Shown here: in pieces, positions 13,611 to 24,700 of the stretch
Numbering within the stretch: the stretch's first letter is position 1
Layout: every line of letters begins with the position of its first letter
NCBI GenBank assembly: GCA_904063045.1
Contig: CAJFCJ010000003.1
Location: forward strand, 1-64,000
Source of the DNA: Dimorphilus gyrociliatus
Lineage: Eukaryota; Animalia; Annelida
Reading direction: 5' to 3'
Length of the DNA stretch: 64,000 bases
The notes under the pieces: generated by a model
Seen by the model: only the letters and a program-made list of their open reading frames with translations
What the model was told of the DNA's origin: nothing
Database searches by the model: none
Made by a program: the position numbers and the translations under genes

Positions 13611-14112
13611 CTCTATCAGGTGGCAAATTAAAACAAGTCCATCTGTTGCCTCATACAATCAACTCCACCAGGTGGCAAACACCAACAGTGTCCACCAGGT
13701 GGCTAACCCTAACCATATCCACCAGGTGGCTAAAACTGAGACTGTCCACCAGGTGGCTCACACTAACAAAGTCCACCAGATGGCTAATTTAAACAAAGTC
13801 CACCAGGTGGCTAATTTAAACAAAGTCCACTAGGTGGCTAATTTAAACAAAGTCCAACAGGTGGCTAACCCTAACAAAGTCCACCAGGTGGCTAATGTTA
13901 ACAAAGTCCACCAGGTGGATAATACAAACAATGTCCACTAGGTGGCAAATACTAACAAAGTCCACCAGGTGGCTAACGTTAACAAAGGCCACCAGGTGGC
14001 TAACTCTAACAAAGTCCACCAGGTGGCTAACTCTAACAAAGTCTACCAGGTGGCTATTATGACCAATGTCCACCAGGCGCCTAATGCTAACCCTGTCCAC
14101 CAGGTGGCTACT
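13611..14112 (+). repeat. 27-bp minisatellite of about 18 units with conserved core GTCCACCAGGTGGCTAA (CTCF-motif-like) and a variable ~10-nt spacer
   Basis: Cores at 13665, 13692, 13719, 13746 and so on to 14097, with an exact 27-nt period. Confidence 0.92.
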
Positions 14113-14719
14113 ATCAATAATATTCAAGACACAAAATTAATCTATGCCTGTAATAAAAACGTAATAAAGACTTTTCCTTAGTCAAAGATCCTATTTACAA
14201 ACAATACAGAACGTTAAAAAAAAAAAAATTTTCAAAATTTTTCAAAGTCCAGACTCCAGCCATTTTACCGAACTTTCGGCAACCATAACTTTGTTAATAC
14301 TGCCCCAAATCGCCTGAAATTTTGTATGACCTTGAATCTCAACAAAACACTCAAACTGCAACAATAAAAAATTTTGACCTAAATTTTGACCTAGAACGTA
14401 GAATTTTTTTTTAAAAGTTATTAAAAAACAATGAGTAACCAAAGAACATTATTAGGTATATCTTTTCACCAAAACTTATATGAGCCCAAACTACATCTTC
14501 ATACCAAAAATCAACTTAAAAAAGCTATTAGAAGTTGGAGTTTTTTTCTCTATAGAATGATAGTATTTTTTTTTAAACGTTTTTAAAAAACAACAGCCAA
14601 ACTAAAAACATTTTTAGGTCATTTTTTACAGATCCATAATCAGCAAACAAAACTGTATATTTCCATAACTTATGAACTCAAAATTTTTTTGGGGACCCCT
14701 GTGTAACCTAACCCTAATG

Positions 14720-15935
14720 ATCAAATATCATTCAATATTATTCAACATTTTTAAATTCCTTTAAACATTACATCAAATATTTCATCAAGTATTCCATGTA
14801 ATAATCTTTAGCATTATTTAAAATTTTACATTCTTCAAAGTTCTTCAATGTTCTAAAACACAATCAAATATTCCATCAAATATTCTTCAATATTGTTCAA
14901 TATTTCAAATTCCCTCAAATTCTCCAATTTCCAAACATTCCATCTAATATTCCATCAAATATTCCAAATTACCTAAAATTATCCAATTTTCTTATATTCC
15001 ATCAAATATTCTGTTTTACCCAAAATTCTCCAATTTTCTAATCTTTCATCTAACACCATCAAATATTCTCCAATATTCAGCAATATTCCAAATTACCCAA
15101 AATTCTCTAATTTTCTAATCTTTCATCAAACACCATCAAATATTCTCCAGTATTCAACAATATTCCAAATGACCCAAAATTCTCCAATTTTCTAATATTC
15201 CATCAAATATTCCATCAAATATTCTCCAGTATTTTTCAATATACTCCAATTTTCAAAATTAGCCAATATTTCTTCATAATTTATTATTTCATCAAATATT
15301 CTTCAATGATCAAAATATTTAACTAAATTATCAAATATTTTAATTTTCCATCAAATATTCTCCAATATACTCAAATATTCCAAATTATCCAAAGTTCTTC
15401 AATATTTTAATATTCCATCAAGGATTCTCAAATATTCTCCAATACACTCAAATATTTCAAATCCTCCAAAATTTTTCCATATTTTAATATTCCATCAAAT
15501 AATCTCCAATATTATTTGATATTTTTATATTTCATCCAATATTCCTTCAAATTTTCTTCAATATTCCAAATTGTCCAATATTATTCTATATATTAATATT
15601 CTATCAAATATTCTTCCATATTCCATATGGATTTACAAATTCTTCAATATTCAGAATTCTTCAATAAACTCCAATATTTAAAATTCTACAAAACCTATTT
15701 TTCAATATTGTAAAATTCTATCAAATATTTGTTCAATATTCTCCAATATTTTCTAATAACTTTCCATATTTCAATATTCCATCAAATATTCTTCAATATC
15801 CTCTAATCTTCAATTATTCCAGCAAATATTCTCTATTTTTTTCCAAAGTTCCAAATTCTCTAATATTGTCCAATATTCTAATATTGCATTGAATACTCTT
15901 CAGTCTTCAAATAAAAATCTCCAATATCCAATATA
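14720..15935. repeat. Degenerate continuation of the ATATTC(C/T) satellite
   Basis: Same sub-repeats (AAATATTCCATCAA, AAAATTCTCCAATTTTCTAA) as 12656-13600. Confidence 0.85.
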
Positions 15936-16659
15936 TTTTCAGGAATAGATGAAACAACCACTTGAGCCCAACATTATTTTCAAACAGCCATAGCTCATAA
16001 ACAACTGAGCCAATTTGACTCAAATTTTGTACAGTGATTGGTTCATATTAGGACTAAGCTTGTACCAAATTTCAGGGAATTTGCAGCACTTTAAAATTTT
16101 TGAAAATTTCAGTGATCAACTTACAAGTTGAGGACAATAGTATTCAGCTGTAGGCTTTTTAATAATTAGTCTGGAGGCAATTGTAAAAAGCCTATGTTTT
16201 AAAAATCAATTAAAAAAGGGTTAATAAATTGGAAATATTGTGAGTATTTTAATTTGGTGAAATTGATAAAGTTATTGAGATAGCAGTTTTCTTCACCGTT
16301 TTTTAGAATTTCTATTGCATTTTTGTTGGTGATACTATAATAGCTTAGGCTAGGAGGTTAGGTTTAGATAGCAATTCCAAAACAGCTACACTGTCAGTGG
16401 AATTGTTAGGGGGTTGCCAGTCTGTAGTGATTGTGCTAATCCCTATCACTTGGCTTTCCTACCAAACCTAACAAAAAGTAGGAGTGCATCATCTTCAATT
16501 ACTGTTAAAGATGTCATTAAATCATTTGAGAATTTATGAGTTGAGGTTTTTGTCAAAAAATGATTACCTCCTCAGGGAAACTGTATATTTCACATATTTT
16601 TAAACACAAAAAAAATGATAAAGTCATTACAGTTAAGGTGAACCTAGTTGGCTAAAATT

Positions 16660-16959
16660 TTAATAAAACAAGTTTTCTTGAACTGTACATAATGTATCAT
16701 TAATATCAAATAATATTTCAACAATACAACAAAATAATTCATGATATTTATCAAATAAATCTTTTAATTTTTGTTGATCAGATTCACTTAATTCTGAAGA
16801 CATTTCCACAAATTCTTCTTCTTCTTCTACTAATTTATTAAAAATGGAATGCACTTGTTTAATAGTTAGTGAGTCTTCAAATCCAAGTCCAGTTATTTCA
16901 TCTTTAACAATTGTTAAATAATACAGCTTATTCTCAATCAAGTATTCAAATTCACTCAT
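16660..16959 (-). CDS. Small acidic helical protein (99 aa), paralogue of 18720-18989
   Basis: ATG start. Aligns without gaps to the MDEFQY ORF (M-x-E-F-x-Y, T23-G24-x-x-F27, L68, Y72, L75, I79, D85). Confidence 0.65.
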   Translation of the reverse strand: MSEFEYLIENKLYYLTIVKDEITGLGFEDSLTIKQVHSIFNKLVEEEEEFVEMSSELSESDQQKLKDLFDKYHELFCCIVEILFDINDTLCTVQENLFY

Positions 16960-17145
16960 CTTTGAAGGAGAGAAAATATTAAAATTAATGCAAAAATTTT
17001 TTTAACTTGTATTAATTTGTATTCTAAATAAAAAAAAAAAATTTTAAAAAAACATACAACTTTCCAATGATTTAGTAAAATATAATTGTTACAAAAAAAT
17101 AATTCTAAAAAGCAATACAACACATTTTTTTAATTTAATTTGTTT

Positions 17146-18315
17146 TTAGTACTTTTTTTGCAAATTTTCAATGTGCTTATTAACAAGTTCTTTGAGATTG
17201 GGTTTTTCAACCAATGAATCTGGATTAATTTCTGATAAGAAATGAATAATTTTAATATAGGGATTAACCAATGTTGAGTGTTTATTTTGTAATTGAAAAG
17301 TTTTAATAAATCTATTTTGTAAGCAATTTTTTAACCCATCCAAATCAACCAACAGATCACAATTTCTATAAGGGAAATTACAATGTCTGCTTGCATTATT
17401 AATTTCGATTGCAATACATATGAAAAGCTTATTGGAAGAACTTAGTTGTTTGAAACTTTGAAAAAATTCACCAATATAATTATTGATAACAATTGGATGT
17501 TCTGCTAAATGAATAATGATTTGTTGGCATTCAATTTTCCAATCTCTAAAGATATTTGGCAAATCACTAGCACACATATCTTCAATATGAATTATATATA
17601 ATTGCCCATCCAAACCAAACTTAAGAATATTTACAGCAAGTGAAGCTTTATCATAATCAAAACTTGTATCAGTGATTATTACATATTTACACTTTATATC
17701 CTTTTCAGGTTGTACCTGTCTAATTAATTTGGCAATGTCTATTTCTATATTTGATTTTTTTGCGCAAAAGTTTTGTAAAAAATTAATAAATGAATGACTT
17801 TTTCTCCTAACAAACACAGTTAAACTACCCTCTATTTTAATATCGTCACATTTTTGTTGATGTAATAATTTCTTATGTAAATGTTTAGCAAAGCTTTTAT
17901 CCAAACTTGTTAAATCTTCGAAATAGTTTTTTTTCACAGGGCTTTTCTTCTCCATTATTTCATCATCTGATGACTGTGAGGATGACAGCAATTCAATACA
18001 TTCAATATGCTTTCTTTTCTTTGATGGGCCAACTTCAACACAGTAATCTTTCTCAATTTCTTTACAACTTGATCCTGGTTGTAAATTCTTCAATTGAACA
18101 ACACTATTTATTTCCTTTGTTAAAAAATATTTTGTAATTGTTGCATTATTGCTTTTCTCACTTTGTTTTTTATTTTTAACCACAGATTTTTTACAATTGT
18201 CATTTTGTGCAGTTTTCTCTTCAATTAAACACTTGTTTTTTTCAGTTTCAGATTTGTAAGACTTTGTTGTCTTGGTGGACTTGAATTTAAATAGATTTCT
18301 ATGCTTGTCAGCCAT
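17146..18315 (-). CDS. Antisense ORF, about 389 aa from MADKH; K/S-rich N-terminus and C-terminal SGNH-like domain
   Basis: Long ORF in AT-rich DNA. Motif ITDTSF...IIHIEDM...DL..IF..W.I....IIIH is shared with the RT ORF and the 509-aa ORF. The upstream 24 codons run through a (TA)n tract and were excluded. Confidence 0.8.
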   Translation of the reverse strand: MADKHRNLFKFKSTKTTKSYKSETEKNKCLIEEKTAQNDNCKKSVVKNKKQSEKSNNATITKYFLTKEINSVVQLKNLQPGSSCKEIEKDYCVEVGPSKKRKHIECIELLSSSQSSDDEIMEKKSPVKKNYFEDLTSLDKSFAKHLHKKLLHQQKCDDIKIEGSLTVFVRRKSHSFINFLQNFCAKKSNIEIDIAKLIRQVQPEKDIKCKYVIITDTSFDYDKASLAVNILKFGLDGQLYIIHIEDMCASDLPNIFRDWKIECQQIIIHLAEHPIVINNYIGEFFQSFKQLSSSNKLFICIAIEINNASRHCNFPYRNCDLLVDLDGLKNCLQNRFIKTFQLQNKHSTLVNPYIKIIHFLSEINPDSLVEKPNLKELVNKHIENLQKKY

Positions 18316-18719
18316 TTTCTGTTTGATGGAATATAAAACAATATATATATATATATATATATATAAAATAGAGAAATAAAAAAACATCCTGAATTAAAAC
18401 CAAAAATAACATATACAACAGTTTATTTTCAAAAATACTATTGTTTTTAAATTGAATTTTGTTTGTTTGCGAAGAAAATGCATGAATTTATAACAATCAA
18501 CAGATATTTTTCTTTTTTATGACAGCATTTTTACAACAATGTTTGCTTTAAATTTAATAAGTACAATTTTTTAACAATATATATAGGACTGGTATCTTTA
18601 TTTTCAAGATGATTATTCTTTTAACAGCATTAACCTAAATGACAAAAATTAACAATAACTGACTACAAAGGAAAAAAATATAAAACCAAAAAAGATAATC
18701 TAGTTAGTTAATTTTTTTT

Positions 18720-18989
18720 TCACTGCTTATGACAATCAATGATGTAGGAAAGAATTGCAGAAATTAAAATATCGTAAAGGTTATTCAAGTTTTTTCTCAT
18801 TTCAATCTCTATGGAATCGTCTAATTGGTCCAAAGTTAAAGTATTATCATCTAGACAATCGAATGCAATGTAAAGGCAATCTTCCCAATCTTTGTAAGAT
18901 TTCTTGTTGAAGGATTTTCCAGTTAACATTGCCAAAAGTTTATTAATCTGCCCAGTTCTACTATTATAAAAGTATTGAAATTCATCCAT
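18720..18989 (-). CDS. Small acidic helical protein (89 aa from MDEFQY)
   Basis: Paralogy with 16660-16959. The track ORF begins upstream in T-rich sequence. Confidence 0.6.
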   Translation of the reverse strand: MDEFQYFYNSRTGQINKLLAMLTGKSFNKKSYKDWEDCLYIAFDCLDDNTLTLDQLDDSIEIEMRKNLNNLYDILISAILSYIIDCHKQ

Positions 18990-19163
18990 TATTGTTTGGA
19001 TTAAAAGAAAGGTTAAGGGAATCTGTATAAATGAGAATCCAAAACAAAAATTCATTGATGACATAATGACTAATAACAACACAAACACATGGCTGTAGAT
19101 TAGAATTAATAAAACTAAAACCTAAAACCTAAAAAAAAGAACCCTTTTACTGTTATTCTGTGT

Positions 19164-19502
19164 CTAATGCATTGAATATAGAAAATTATCTGGTAGCATA
19201 TCTAAACCTAGTTCAATGAGAACTTGTTTCAAATTAATAACGCAGGTGACATTGGCAATTGTTTTTAAAATTTTTAAACAGATATCCATATTATTATCTT
19301 CACTCTGCCCTGCTCCATCCCAATAAAAATCATATAGAACAATTAACATTTCTCTAACAAAACTTAAACTTTGACAGTGATTATTTTCAAAATCTGAATT
19401 TGTTGTATTATCTGTGAGCATATCCAGAGTATAATATCCTGTCAAACCTATCAAGTCATTGTTAACTTCTTCAATAACCTCTTTAATGTAGTCAGTTGAC
19501 AT
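19164..19502 (-). CDS. Small acidic protein (about 112 aa from MSTDY), possible distant member of the same family
   Basis: Same strand, size and composition, with LTG at a similar position. Confidence 0.5.
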   Translation of the reverse strand: MSTDYIKEVIEEVNNDLIGLTGYYTLDMLTDNTTNSDFENNHCQSLSFVREMLIVLYDFYWDGAGQSEDNNMDICLKILKTIANVTCVINLKQVLIELGLDMLPDNFLYSMH

Positions 19503-21282
19503 CTGTAGCAATTACATTGTGATTAATTCTTTTTCTCCACTCTACCAATATGACAATGTATTAGGAAATCTGCCATATTTTTCCAATTCAAATATTTTAA
19601 TTGTTTGTTAAACAAAATAAATAGACATTTTCAAATGTAACACCCCATTTTATTTCAAATCTTGCCTAAACAAATTAATAACAAAAAGTCAATGCATTCA
19701 AGATTTCTCTACTCAATACACAATATTGATTATTTTAACTGTGTAGAAAAATGTTTCTTTTTAAAATCCATTGAATGTTTTTTATTATCAAGAGTGCATT
19801 GAAATTTATTTTATAGTATCAAAGTAATTGTAGTAACTCAATTTCATTATTAAGACAACAAATTATAGTAAAAATCCTAAAAGATCAATACTATAATGGT
19901 GTTACACACTGGCATTGTAACAGGGTTACAAATCAACTCACATTGAATTTCTTTAAAAAATCAGAAGATTTTGTGAAGGAAGAGTAAGAGGAGACTACAA
20001 CTATGTACAGTCAGTTCTCAGGCAATAATGAAGAATCACCTACAATTCCCTTCCCTTTTATACAACTATTGCAAAGCCAGCAGCCTCCTTATTGGCTCTT
20101 CCCTTATCAAATCAAAAACTTGACTCCACCCCCCCTAAACCTTCCTTGTAAGATAATATCTATACAAAATAATAATATCAATATGGGTTAAATATATGAA
20201 AAGCAAATGATGGTGATTGCCATTAATTGAACATTAGTATTTTCAAAAATATGAAATATGCCATAATCCACAAACAAACAAACAAACAAATGGTCTTAAA
20301 AAACAAAACACAACATTAAAATGTTAAAGAAAAACAATTTAAACAACAACAGTACTTATTGAAAAAAAATGGTTCATTTTATTAGTCAATATGCAAGATG
20401 TTTGACGTTTTCTTCTTTTCAGTATGGGTTCCTGTTATGTGTAAATTCCAATTTATTTTCTATCGTTTTCAGCTGCAGATTTGAAAAATGCTGTAAATTG
20501 GATGAGAATTTCTTGTAAATTTTGCTAAAATCAGAAAAGGATGGACAATTGTAGGGTTAGGTTGGAGAACATTTTATAGAATTTTACAAAATGATATAAA
20601 GAGTGCAACAATTATTATTACTTTCTTTATTATTTTATTCAATTGAAACATTAACATAAGGTTATTCATTAATTTGTTTTGTAAACAAACTAATCAGGGT
20701 GGTTTTCTCATAAAACTGTCAAGTGCCTTTCATCAGGCCAAAGTGAAAAACCTTTTTTTGATTATACAACAAAACTGTTGATTGATATCTTGATTGATAT
20801 CTAAATTAAACTAGACCTTATTGCATAATTGAACAGAGTAGTGTAATACACACTCATTTTCGGTTAGAATAATTTTGTAATAAAGCCTTTGAAAAATTGA
20901 TTGAAAAATTAGGCAAAATTTCGTTACAAATAATAAAAAACAATTGAAATTTATTGTTAAAAATTGTAAAAAATGAACAAAAACAATCATATAACAAAAT
21001 CATCTAAAAGATTAAACATAAAAATTATCAATCATTTCAAAAATTATTGTTATTATTATTGGAGGAATTGACAAAACATTTTCCATTAATGTTGATGGTA
21101 ACATTCCAGTAGAAATCAATCGACAATAACAAAAACGTAATTCAGTTTAACAATTGAAGCATTCACCATAATAACTTCATTAAAATATATATATATATAA
21201 AACGAAAGGGTTAAAAAACAATAACTGGACATGTAAAGAAAATGTTTGAAATGTAAAAAAAATGAACAAGGAATGAAAATTT

Positions 21283-21585
21283 CTACTTCCAATAATCGAA
21301 ACAATTTATGCCAAATATATCATTTAATTTTATAATTGACACATCAAAATCAAATTTTTCTTTAATTTCATTTAAAATCTGCGTAATTTTTGTTACACAT
21401 AAAAATATAGAATTTTGCATAAAATCATTGTGTTCCTTATTAAAAAGGCGCATTAAAAAATTTTTTTTTTCTAATAATTTTATGTATAAAATGAAAGCAT
21501 CGGTTTCAGTAAAATTATTGACATTATTATATATATTCTCCAATGTTCTACAATGGTTTTCAACGATTTTCATCCAAGGTTCCAT
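21283..21585 (-). CDS. Hypothetical 100-aa helical protein, first gene of the antisense cluster
   Basis: ATG start, amphipathic pattern, same strand as the cluster. Confidence 0.45.
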   Translation of the reverse strand: MEPWMKIVENHCRTLENIYNNVNNFTETDAFILYIKLLEKKNFLMRLFNKEHNDFMQNSIFLCVTKITQILNEIKEKFDFDVSIIKLNDIFGINCFDYWK

Positions 21586-21779
21586 GACTTTTTTTTCAAT
21601 GAAACAAAAAACAACAGCAAATGATTAATATTAACATTAAAAGATTTTTGGTTATTTAAATTGCTGACTGGTCTTCATTACAAATTTTCTTACTTGTATC
21701 ACTTAATTCATAAATATTTTGTGCAGAAGAAAATTCAATAATCTTTAATGAATAAAGCTTAATATTTTACAGTTTAACC

Positions 21780-24700
21780 GTTTTTCTTTTACAGGTTAGT
21801 AATGTGACCTATTTATGTGACCTACTTTTTCAACTCTTTAACGGTGGAAATTATTTTAAAAATAATGGTCAGAAAATATTTCAATCAAAGTTCATTAAAT
21901 ACAGTTTTTTCTTTCTTTATATAACATACTACTAACACCTTAATTTCCTGCAACACTACAACCTACATGTAAAATACATACAGACATATGTCAAACAAAT
22001 TAAACAGCCAAATATTATATTAATTTACAAATATAAAACACAACACCCCCACGACCTGCAGCTAATAGCCACGCCCATCCAACACCGCCAACAAGGTCAC
22101 CGCCACCACCGCCGCCACCACCGCTACCGCCACCTACTTGACTATTTAGGTCAAATATTGATGACAATAAAACATAACTGCCTTATGTACCTGATATATA
22201 AAGAGCTGCGTCTATATATTTTCTACATATAGACATCTATATTGAACAAATTACTGAAACAATTCTAAAAGAACTGAAACTCTAATCAATAAAAAAAATA
22301 TTCTTTTACTAAAATATAAAACACAATGCTGCCATCGTCTATGTAGGTTATATAATGAACCCAGTAGCTATATAGGCCAAAAAACAAGCTGACACTATAT
22401 ATCTTGAAATATATTAAAGACCTACTTTAATAGAATATAACGCCCTTACATACATGATATATATATATATATATATATAAAGAGAGAGCTGCCTATATGT
22501 ATATATGCAGAAAAACGCATGGACACTATGTAGGTCAGATAAAGACCTGCTCAATATAATAAAAATTGGCAATAATATAACACTATGCTATTAGGTGCCT
22601 AAAAGGACAACCTGCTACATTAGAAAACAGCAACGTTATGTAAATGATTATAGACAGCTACCTCTATATATATATACGCAGCCACTGCAGCCGCTGCCAC
22701 CGCCACTCACTCCACTATTTAGGTCAAATAACTATGACCCACTACAATAGAATATAACGGCCTTATGTACCCTGAAACTCTAATCAAAAACACAACGCCG
22801 ATGTCCTCTTTGCAGGTCATATAATGACCCCAGCGGCTAGAGAGAGCTGCCTATATTATATATATAGACGACTTATATGTAATCGATGAATGAGTAGCCA
22901 GTGTAGGTTAAAGCTATTTTCACCTACTTTACAGATATAAGTAAATATAGCTGTAGTAATAAGTAATAATGTATCAGAAATAATAATAAAAATATATATA
23001 ACGTAAAGGGAATTTGGCTCAGGGTTAGAACCCATTCACTACATATCTATATATATATATATGCAGAAAAACGCATGGACTCTTTATAGGTCAGATATAG
23101 ACCTGCTCAGTATATAATAAAAATTGGCATTAATTTACTACTATAAAACGCAACACCATCACTAATGTCAATGCTATGTAGTTCATAACAGGCTCACCTG
23201 CTACATTTGAAAACAACAACGTTATGTAAATGATTATAGACGGCTACCTCTATATATATATACGCAAAAAAGATAGGCCAACCCTATGTAGGTCAGATAA
23301 CGACCGGCGCCACTATATAGGCCAAAACGACTTGGCTGTTATTAAACCACTATATAGGTCGAATAACGATGACCTCCTACAATAGAACAACAATAACAAC
23401 GTTATGTACCTGATATATAGAGAACTCCATCTATAAGATACTTGAATGTTAACATCATATATGTAGGTCATACATTATAACAGTAATTATATTACGAAAA
23501 ACACTCTTTTTAAGTATATACTGACTACGACCTACATATATAATACATATAGACGACATTACAGAAACAAACAATCTTTAAACTTTTTCCGTTTTATCTA
23601 CATATATAGAGTGTACAACCTATTCTTTTGACCTATATATGCGACCTACTTTTTCAACTCTTTAACGGCGGAAATTATTTTCTAAATAATAATAGCAAAG
23701 ATTATGTTTTAACGCCTAAATATTATTTCTACAGCTTAATGTTTTTCTCTCTTTTTGTATATATTACATCTACTAATTGTACACATTCTTTCGGCGACCT
23801 ACAATATATATATAAATATATAACCCTGTATATACCTATACAGATATTGAACAACAAATTACAGAAACAATTTAACAACTGAAACTGTAATATGGCACAC
23901 AGGACAGACGTAACATATATATATACATACCCAGTAATCGGAATAGGTAGGGTGAGAAATTAGAGAAAAGGGTAGGCGAATAATGTAAGGAAGATGAAAA
24001 GATTTTCAGCGAAAACGGCAGGAGGAAGGGTTGTTGAGGCTGTAAAAGAACAAATGTTTGAATAATTAGTAACTGTTCTTCAAAAATAATTCTACATCTT
24101 TACCTTAAAACGGTTGAAATGTGAGTGATATATTGCCGAAAATCGACCTGTATTTAAACCAGGTAGTTGAGTTTAAACAGTAATCAGTTACATAATAATT
24201 TAAACGTCACAAACAAGTATTTGGGTTAAATGTGTTTGTTTGGTACATTCAGTTTGGTGTCAACAATTACCAAACAAACACTTTTCAAAACAATTCTCAA
24301 AAGTTTAAACAGAGTGCTCTAAATATAAGACTAAACAATCCTATTAATTAAACCTGTCAAACGTTAATTCTTTAACTACCAAACAAACATTTGAATTGAA
24401 TATATACACCTTGACCAAATCACTAACCCAATATCATTCTACTATTCGTAGTCCTTGGCTCAACATCTCATCAGAATTCTATCAATTTGGTAAGAATTAC
24501 TTTGCCGTTTTTATTTTGCTGTCATTGCTTAACTAATAATATTATCTTTATCTTTTTTTTCAAACTCAATCCTCTACCTACAATCTACTCATTAGACGTT
24601 CTTCATTGGTAACCGCAATTTCACAATCTCTCCTAGCCACCAGCACCCTCCCCTTCTCCAACTTCAATCCAACACATTTTCGTTTTTTCGCTTCTATATC

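Noticed and set aside
13611-14181. 27-bp array read as a CRISPR array or as a VHQVANxNK repeat protein
   Set aside because: Eukaryotic context, no cas genes, and spacers only about 10 nt and related to each other. Two units carry an in-frame TAG in the VHQV frame.
14230-16140. Non-satellite inserts (14230-14710, 15940-16140) with CTGAAATTTTG / TGTACCAAATTTCAG motifs; the end at ~14690 resembles ~57150
   Set aside because: They look like common interspersed non-autonomous repeats, but I found no TIRs, TSDs or coding remnant to classify them.
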